64,000 nt of DNA. Origin: Williopsis jadinii. Lineage: Eukaryota. Under the pieces are notes generated by a model, which saw only the letters and a program-made list of their open reading frames with translations, was not told the origin of the DNA and did no database searches. This document shows, in pieces, positions 55,566-64,000 of this stretch. A program made the position numbers and the translations under genes. The stretch is from NCBI GenBank assembly GCA_024346625.1, contig AP024666.1, positions 1,798,001-1,862,000 on the forward strand. The letters run 5' to 3'. Position 1 is the stretch's first letter; each line of letters opens with the position of its first letter.

Positions 55566-57155
55566 TGTGTCAACGCTCGAGTATTGAAAACTAGAGTCAT
55601 AAGACCTAGATCTATAAGACCTTTAGAAGTATGCAAAAGAAATGCCAACTTCCTTGAAAAACTTACAGAGTGGTTTTAGCAAACCAGTCGGTATGAATCG
55701 GCTTTCGTCGGCAAATCCGATCATTAGAATAATACTAGTAAGAATAGCAAACCGGTCTTCAAATTTTCCCAAAGTACACCAAATTGTAGCTAATACTGGA
55801 ACTGAGAGATATACAAACCATGAAGATGTAATCTTTACAGTCTTAGATATAACAATTCAGAGTTTGTGTGGTCTAACCAAGAAAGACACATGGTTTTGCT
55901 TATATCACAACAACACAAAGTTAAGGAGCTTTAAGACTACCACACACTAGAACTGATTTCTACCATCCTATATACTGACTTTGAACTTGGTTGAATCAGT
56001 GGTTCTTTCACAATGAATCAAGATGTGTTGCTCTATATATGTTATTCTGGTTCTTCGTTGCCTTAGCAATTATAAAAATGTAAGGATGTTTCCAATTTTT
56101 ATAGGCATTGTTTACGTTTTAAATTCTTATCAACACAAAACTGACACAAAACCAATACAGCCTCATACACAAATACATAATGTTACAAAGATTACAGAAG
56201 AATGGCCGGGAACAAAACATCAGACAACAAAAGCAGAAGCCCTAGAGGACAACCAAGGAAAAGACCAAGGACTCTTCATGGAACTTTCCAACGACGTCCT
56301 CAACTTGAAGAAGAAACATCAGCCACTAATCCAGAACCACAGCGGCAACTTCAAACGAATGGAGCTATGACACAACAAGAGTACGCACTAATTATTGAGA
56401 CAGACTAACTCACCTACTATGAGAACAAGATACGGAACCAATAAACCTCCAAGTTCTGTGCAAACTACCCATGCAGAGATCACAACTTACCACAACAGCG
56501 GGACTTGGATTAGTATTATTCTACTATGTTCACATCATACACACGCTTGTGACTACATATACGAAATCTTACGCTACAGGTTTAGAGGGCTCTTTAGGCG
56601 TTGATTTCGTTACTTTCAAAATCATCATCCTATCACACGAGGAACTGAGCAACAATCTCAATACCTGACGGGCCGTGCAGTGCAAGTTGATCGCAAAGGT
56701 AGCGATGATTCGAGATTTACCGGAGCGTTAGCGAAGGTCAAAATCGTGTTCATCGTACAGAGGCACTACAGATCAACTTGTAGCCTTAAATAATACACTT
56801 CCATTTCCATAGTATTCAAGAATACTACTCGGTGTTTTCATTCAATGATCGACATATTGGCACTGGAAAAGCATTCATATAACCTCTCTAAAGTTCACAG
56901 GTGTCTGAAAATTTTTATTCAACTGCAATCTGGCTTGTGTTTCTGTGTTTCTGTGGTGTTATTTAACCCACATAAACTATTTTCCATGATCAAAAAAATA
57001 TACCATAAAAATCACATTATGTTACTACTCACAATCAATCATTCCAAATTTGGCAACTGGAATCGAGACATACTAACACATACCCTAGATATCCTGGTGT
57101 TAGTAAGTCGTTTTATAATTGTTTTCTAAATATTCACATTTCAGAATATAACTAG

Positions 57156-57211
<56 letters not shown>

Positions 57212-57264
57212 AACAAAACAAAACCACAAAAAAACACAACACAAAATAAAAAAAAACAAAAAAC
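57156..57264 (+). repeat. Poly(A)55 followed by an A/C-rich tract
   Basis: 55 consecutive A at 57156-57210, then CAAAA-type degenerate repeats. Confidence 0.95.
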
Positions 57265-59419
57265 AGGCAACATCTTCATTTATGCGAGTACATTAAGTTA
57301 ATTAAGATTCAAACTACGAATCTTGTGTATAGCTTTTGCTCTTTACCAAACCACTTAGTTAAACTTTTCGACTGTACAAAATTGCAAACAGACCAAATCG
57401 TGCCATACATAATAGCCATAATATTTTGCTGTACACATTTTCTATTCTTCAATTTTACGTTAAAAAGAGTCAATCGAGTGAGAAAAACTGGCTTTATTAT
57501 ATCCAGGTTTAACATCTCTTTGAATTCAACTTTTTAGTTTTATTTGTACCTTTGTATTACCATAGCTTTCTTTCTTTACAGTAATGACTGAACTACAAGC
57601 TAACTATATCCTGAGTAGCACTACAAATATTACATCATTTCGTTCTCTAAGTTCTAAGTTCTAGATATGTGACTATAAATATTCGGCCGTTTGAAAATCA
57701 TCTGCTGTGAGTAAAATCAACGAGCAATGGTGGTATCAGTGGTGCGTCACTTATTACATTCCACCATTAATATCCTTTTATGATTACAAAGATATGATTG
57801 CAATAACAAGAAACTTTTTTAAGGCTCGTTGTTTCTTTTCGAAAATAAAAGTTTCAAAACATACATTACATAAAAACATATATTAGTTTTATGAATTCGG
57901 TACACAGTATAAGCTTCAAAATCTGTTCCGTTTTCTCAAACGGTGAGCTATGTTCAATACAATACCCTAGTTAGACTGTTCTGTACCTTTTTTCATCATA
58001 TACAATAATAATTGAATTCGTACCAAAGGGCTTTATAACAAAGGCTTCCATTAACGCTTTTAGCATACCTTCATCAATAACAACTTCCCCTTTATAGTTA
58101 ATTATTTCAAGTCCTTAATACAGACATAGAGGGAAAACCAACTGATATAAGACGGGTTATTTGATTCATTAACTATACTCTAAAGAAGTACTAAAACAAT
58201 TAAATTGGAAGCATGGCCTTTCCTGACCTCAAATTTAATATCAGGCATATAACAGTGATTTGTTTTTTATTGGCTGCATTTCCGTCTGTCTTATTTCGTT
58301 TTCAGGTTTCGGTATTGCTATTTCAAGTGGAATTTATTCATTTTGCATAAGCTTGAAACTGCCGAAGGATATATGTGCTAACATATGTGTTAAACTAATT
58401 AATCCAGAATATATTTTAGTGTAAAGGTTTCCCTACAATTATTAAGAAAGGCTATTATTGAAGAATATAACACCAAGAGGACTATCTATATTAAATCAGC
58501 TACTTGGTTATGGAAATGAATATATTTTCACTGGGATCAAAAAATATGTCTGAAAGTTAGGGGGCGTAATTAATCAGCGCCTTTTTATAATATATTTATT
58601 TATTTATCTATTCATGAGTAAAGCTTTAGTGGGGGACGGTCTTTTATCCAATCCCGTTGACCTCAGTCTTGAAAGATGTATATCCCCCAATGGACTCATA
58701 TAGCAAAGTATTCCAATAGTCATGAATGATTTCTAAAACAGAAATCGTGCAAATAAGAATTGTTGTAAGAACAGATTTGAGGTAAGTTAAAGTACATTGG
58801 GGATAAATTTTGAACATTAAAGGACATGTTCCCTTTATGCTTTTGCTAGGTGAAAATTAGTTAACTATATTTGCTATGCATATCTTTTTTCTTGAAAGTA
58901 GTCAGATTTGTTTGATAATAGCTATCTTTATTTTGTTTTTGTGTTTGTTTTTTCTGGTTTTGGTTTTTTTTGTTTTGTTTTTGTTCCTGTTTTTGATTCT
59001 TGATGACCCCCTCATTTGCAATATATCTAGAAATATTACTGTAATTTCAAATCCAATACCAAGTGTGATCTATAAAATAGAGTTTCCTATTCTAGGGCAA
59101 GATTTCTCTTAATGATTGAGGTCTTTTCCAACAGCAGGATACATTCGATTCCTACTCATAAGTTAGAGTATATGGAATGAAGAAGTTGTTCAAATCTAGA
59201 AGCGTTTCCTGGCCTTCAGACAAGTTACGTTATCACCTATCAATTTAAACAGCTGCATCTCTTAACAAGTACTTTTGATGGATGTCATGCGCGTCTTCAT
59301 TCCTCTTTGAATTTCCAGGATACTGGGTATTCTTCATATTAGATACACATAGGTGTAAGAAAATACACCAGGCTCTGGTGGGGATATATAGTGGCTTCCA
59401 GTATACCAACACTCACATA

Positions 59420-61742
59420 TTATAGGAAGATGAAATTGCCACAAATTCTCTGATATTGGTGATTAATTATTTGTTGACATTAGCGACAACTCGACGGAGT
59501 CCCTTTAATTCATTTCTTTTCTTGGAATGATATGCTTGAAAGATGTGATGAAAGGCCAATCGGTTGGTGATAACTTCATGGTCAAGTGTAACCCTTGAGT
59601 CTCTAAGGTACTAACCAAGATACATTGGAGCGACCGAACTTTGATTTCTCAACATTGATCTGAGAACTATGCATCTTTAGTATTATCATCACTCATCCCA
59701 TTTATTGCCTGAGCCCTTCGAAAGAATCAGAAAGGATTAAGATAGTGTTTGGATAGACTTGGACATGTTCATCGGGTGGTCTAATTATGACGACGATGAA
59801 ACGTAAAAAAACATTCAGGTGCATCCTTCAACCTTAACGTTAAGATATTCCACAGTCGTGAAAGCGGTGTACTATGTTATCTTTTCCGTCAAATGCAGGT
59901 GGCGATAAACAAAATCCAAGTCAATACTGGTCAGGTACATGCCCTCTGGATGAGTTCTTTGGTAGTGGTCGGCTTTGATAGAGGACAGAGGAGAAGTGAA
60001 TCCTGATGATACATCGAGCCCATTCTAGTTTGGAAGAAAGAACCACCTCTATGTATAGGTCTGGACGGACTTCTTCTTGAATGAGTAGATCTGATAGGTT
60101 GGCGTATGTGTCGTTAGTCAAACCTCCCCGGTACTTGAGTCTCCTTTATGATCTTAATCGGGAAGTCATTACCTCTAAATATGGGGGATGGCGCTTGCTT
60201 TGACCACATTCTTAGGGTAAGTAACTATACGTTCCAACTCAATGCTAGGCAAACTCATTACGAAATTGGTGCGTTTATCATGTTCCCTGTAAAGACTGTG
60301 ATCCGCTAATGTGACTTTTCGATCTCCTTTGTCACTGACTATCATTGATACAGGAATGTACCCATTATTAGAGCAGCTGTTGAATAATACGGGACTTTGT
60401 AGCGGTTATGGAAGATGAAGACCACAAAAAGGGTTGTTTTACCCGACGGCGAGGAAGTTCCCCACTGCTGAGACATCTGAGGATGTTGATTAAAGTTCTA
60501 GTATAGGGTCCTTCTTTGTGGCTTGGTCCTTTGCCTTAGGTGGATCCATCTTCCCCTCATCCCTCTTCGAATGTCTGTTAGGGGTCACCTATTGTGGAGA
60601 AAGTTCCTTGCTTATTGCGACTATTGAAGGTCCTTCTGAAGCTCCAATGAAGTTAGCTTGTTTCTTTGAAGAAAGTTCATCAGGACCAATAATAACCTTA
60701 GATTCTTTAAGCTTGGCTAAACGCTAACACCAGTCTTTAACGTAGTTTTTGGACTCCTTTAAGAGAACAGCTAGTTCAGCAACATCTTGATCCTTTTGAT
60801 CCTTAGTAAGATCGGATATAGAAGCCCAGAGAGCATCAGGATCCTTTACGTGACTTAAAGGTCTGAAAAAGATTAGTGACCAGTAGAACACTTCACATTG
60901 ATAAATGATTGATAAGCTGTGTCAACGACTTGTTGGAACAATTGGGGGATCGATGTAAACAGTAATAACAGGTTACTGTGACATAAAATATTTACCCACC
61001 TCTGTAGCCTTTGGAAAACCTCTTCGAGTTTCTTAACCGCTTTGTCAACTACTGAAGACCCTGTATCCAGTTTGTTCACCATACAAGTTAGAAGCAATAG
61101 ATCCAACGTAACATTGTCACGTTAAATATAACAGCAGTACAATTGAAAGAATAGAGTGTTAACGTAGTTGTTGACCAAAGCTGAGAGTGAAGGATATATA
61201 CCACTGTGCGATACCATACATTGTGTATGACTCTAGCATGAGATGCAACTATGTCGTAAACGCGAGAACTAAATTTAATGTAGCCGTTAATGGAGGGTGG
61301 CAATCAGTGATTTAACTTGCAGAAGTAAACAAACGTGGATTTGGAGAGGGCAGTCCTCCCTCTATCTTCGCAAAGAAAGCTGGTGTTAAGGTCTGCGGGT
61401 TCTGTCTGAAACTAATCTAACCACATGAGATAGGTACAGTAGCTGCTAGGATATACATCTGCAAAACCGGAGGATATGACCTCCAAGCTCTGGTTTGTAT
61501 GAAGTTCACGTTAATTCTCAAGTCCATTACTGTGATGTATAAGTAATGGTTTGTAAGTAAGACATAGGTCCATATTTAGAATATGTGTACCAGATTACAT
61601 AGAATACAGACACTCTATTATATAGGCCTTGGGCCTGTGACGTAGATGGAGTATAAGTGATAAAACAAGGACTAAGCTACGTGAGTCACAAGATGGTCAC
61701 AGTGTATCTCTATCATTCAGAAGCTTATGGCTTTGTCTTACA
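59420..61742 (-). mobile_element. Heavily decayed Ty3/gypsy LTR retrotransposon (gag-PR-RT relic, possible 5' LTR)
   Basis: Minus-strand hand translation: protease-like VLFNSCS...KVTLADHS (~60390-60300); RT-like YLTSIDL...YTAFTT (59937 down), LKDAPECF, VQVYPNTILILS (decayed YxDD, 59755-59744), INVEKSKF...VSWL. Many stops and frameshifts; outer boundaries approximate. Confidence 0.8.
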
Positions 61743-62238
61743 TTGTTCAAGGTTAGTAATCATCATTAGAAGCATTGTAAGATAATTCTGGAGATGGTGG
61801 GTTTACCAAAGAGTTAGAAATAATGTCGTAAAAGTTACAAATCTAGACTCTGTAACTCTTCGGAGACTTTCCCTTAGAAAATTATGAATAGCCCCCTTCT
61901 TGGTATACCGAAATGAATGTTAAAAGGCCACTAGTTGAAGTTGTTCCATGGTTTATTCCAAACTAGACAACAAATCGTCGCTCAACATCAGCTGCAACAT
62001 TAGATTTATAATCAAATGTTGTTTCTATGTATGGACATAGATTAAAAAGCTGTTCACTCGGGTCACCCAGACAAGACTAGTCTAAACGAACGTGTCATTT
62101 GAGAACCATTGCCTTCGAGTTGATGATTGTATGCACTACAAGTAATTACGCCAGTCTAGGTCATGTGGATTTTTAGAAACGAAAAACACCGTCAATTCTT
62201 CCTCTTCCTTTTTTGAAAGAACATTAAAATGAAAACCT

Positions 62239-63148
62239 TCAAGATGACGAGTGTGGTTTCTTCTTCTCTGCTTGTTCGGCCTTTTCAGCTTCCACCTTAT
62301 TCACAAATTGAAGAATTTCGTCGTTGCTCAATTCATATGTCTTTCCAGGCTCAAGAACAGTGATTTCAATGTTCTTTGCGCCCGATTGAACAACTTCTAG
62401 CAAACTCTTGACAGCAAGAAGAATCGTATCATCCTTTGTCATTTCCTCTTTGTGGTTCTTTTCCAAAAATTCAAGAACTGTTTTACTACTTCTTCCAATG
62501 GCACCTGCCTTCCATGCGGAATAGATACCAGAAGGCTCTGTCTGGTAAAGTCTTGGTACTGTATCATTCCCGTCGAATCCAGCAATCAAAGTTGCAATAC
62601 CGAAAGGTCTAACACCACCGGATTGAGTATATCTCTGTTGCAATTGAGCCACATGTCTTGTGAGGTATTCGATGGTGACGGGGTCTTCCAATGTCAATCT
62701 ATGCGATTGTGCCTCGACTCTAGCATTGTCGACAAGGACTCTTGCATCAGCGTTCAGTCCAGCAAATGCCAAATACACATGAGAATCAATCTTGTTTATC
62801 TTACTCGGTGTGATACGAGGATCTTGCAGCTTTAGTGTACTACGTCTCTCACACGCGAGAACCACAACATCTTTACCCTTGACACCAACTGCGGACGTAC
62901 CTCTCTTAACAGCTTCCAGGGCGTATTCAACCTCTTGATAAAACTTATGTTAGTAAATAGTAGGGAATAGTCTCTTTCATTGGGAACATACGGAAAACGT
63001 GTCCATCAGGACTGTGTGATTCAGTGTTAGTAAATCTCAAACCCAAGGTGGCGACAATTCAAGGGGACACATTCCTATGAATTGAGTTGTCAGATCGCCC
63101 AAAAGACACATACCTGAAAATAGACAGAGCACTATCGTAACCACTCAT
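62239..63148 (-). CDS. PRE6: 20S proteasome alpha-4 subunit, 3 exons
   Basis: Exons 63148-63114, 63011-62992, 62933-62239 give [43 protein letters not shown]. Confidence 0.95.
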
Positions 63149-63353
63149 TGTACTGCTAGCTTGGTTGATTTAAAGAACCTTGCCTCTATGAATTGAAGAA
63201 TTACTGGTAGTTGTTTCGTAAACAAAGATCTTGAGGATCGTTAAGAGTTGGAAAGTTTGGAACTTTACATCAAATTTTCGCGAACGCATTTTAACATAGC
63301 CTTTGAAGGCACTCTCTGGATGAAGCTGTACTTGAAAGGTGTCCCCCATAGAT

Positions 63354-63725
63354 ATGGCTAAAGAAGGTAAAAAACCACAGAAGCAGAAGAAACCATCTGT
63401 ACCCAATAGAGATGGCTTTTCAAGAGCTTCTTTCCTGTATCAAGCGGCACACGTCACCAAGGACCCCGAAGTTTCACGAATGTACATTAGGCTAATGGAT
63501 CTCGTCACGAAGAGAACTGTTCTTAAAGTAAGCCCTCATGTTAAAAGAAGCATTTGTAAGAGTTGTAATAGACTACAGCAACCTGGGAAAACTTCCATGA
63601 TGACTTTAGAGGAGGAAGGTAGGAAATCAGAAACTCTACAAATCGAATGTGTTTGTGGAACTACGAAACGATTCCCCGTGGGCAAGAACAAGGACTATAT
63701 ACCCTTTGTCGACAGGAAACGATAA
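63354..63725 (+). CDS. RPR2: RNase P subunit Rpr2/Rpp21
   Basis: RASFLYQAA, VKRSICKSC, C.CG..KRF zinc ribbon. Confidence 0.85.
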   Translation: MAKEGKKPQKQKKPSVPNRDGFSRASFLYQAAHVTKDPEVSRMYIRLMDLVTKRTVLKVSPHVKRSICKSCNRLQQPGKTSMMTLEEEGRKSETLQIECVCGTTKRFPVGKNKDYIPFVDRKR

Positions 63726-63819
63726 TATCATACATACTTCCTCATAACGACGTCGATGACCTTTCTTTTTTCAATTAGCGTATAATATGTACACGTATCG
63801 GTTGTGCTCTGTATGGTGA

Positions 63820-64000
63820 TCATAACAACTTTGGCTTGCCATTGTTGTCGTTTCTTCTTGGACGATAGATCTATTCTCTATTAGTAACTTGTGAGCTCTT
63901 GAGTCATTTTATGAAGGACTTACATTTGCACCAAACCAGTTGTAGTGGAACCCAAGTTCATGTGCAATGATCTCGCCGAATCCCAGCATGAGACCGTTGA
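63820..64000 (-). CDS. MIM1: Mitochondrial import protein Mim1 (Tom13), 3' part with one intron
   Basis: NGLMLGFGEIIAHELGFHYNWFGAN; intron 63923-63871 GTAAGT..TACTAAT..TAG; last exon IYRPRRNDNNGKPKLL*. Confidence 0.85.

Larger units (their letters stand above)
55600..62200. other. Gene-free AT-rich region, candidate regional centromere
   Basis: About 6.6 kb with no intact gene; most AT-rich core about 57200-59100; retrotransposon relic; flanking genes visibly more AT-rich. Confidence 0.55.

Noticed and set aside
57200..59100. Point centromere (CDEI-CDEII-CDEIII)
   Set aside because: No RTCACRTG followed by a very AT-rich spacer and a CCGAA-type CDEIII was found.
61030..61075. LDTGSS as the retroviral protease active site
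   Set aside because: A better-positioned protease-like segment (VLFNSCS...VTLADHS) lies just upstream of RT; this match falls in the gag-like part and is probably chance.
62064..62073. CACCCAGACA as a telomerase RNA template
   Set aside because: Only a 10-nt match, the telomere unit is unverified, and no other TER features were identified.
1..64000. CRISPR arrays, rRNA genes or prokaryotic operons
   Set aside because: None seen; the sequence is eukaryotic with spliceosomal introns.

Overview
Gene-dense window from a budding yeast (Saccharomycotina) using the standard genetic code; for example, CTG encodes a conserved Leu in PRE6. It looks pre-WGD and intron-rich, and is most consistent with Cyberlindnera or another Phaffomycetaceae yeast (inferred, not proven). 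It holds about 35 protein genes, one tRNA-Pro, and several blocks syntenic with S. cerevisiae. Main highlights: (1) a three-gene cluster (PLP enzyme, amino-acid permease, Zn2Cys6 regulator) whose divergent promoter has two CGG-N11-CCG sites plus GATA sites, suggesting an uncharacterised nitrogen-source utilisation module; (2) a single HBS1/SKI7 gene with two in-frame alternative 3' splice sites; (3) SPO11 interrupted by a +1 frameshift near its C-terminus; (4) a ~6.6 kb gene-free AT-rich region, a candidate regional centromere, containing a heavily decayed Ty3/gypsy gag-pol, a 55-nt poly(A) run and a GC-rich hairpin/pseudoknot element; (5) frequent AAG 3' splice sites and degenerate 8-bp telomere-like/Rap1-like arrays. 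Gene identities come from recalled family motifs; no database searches were run.
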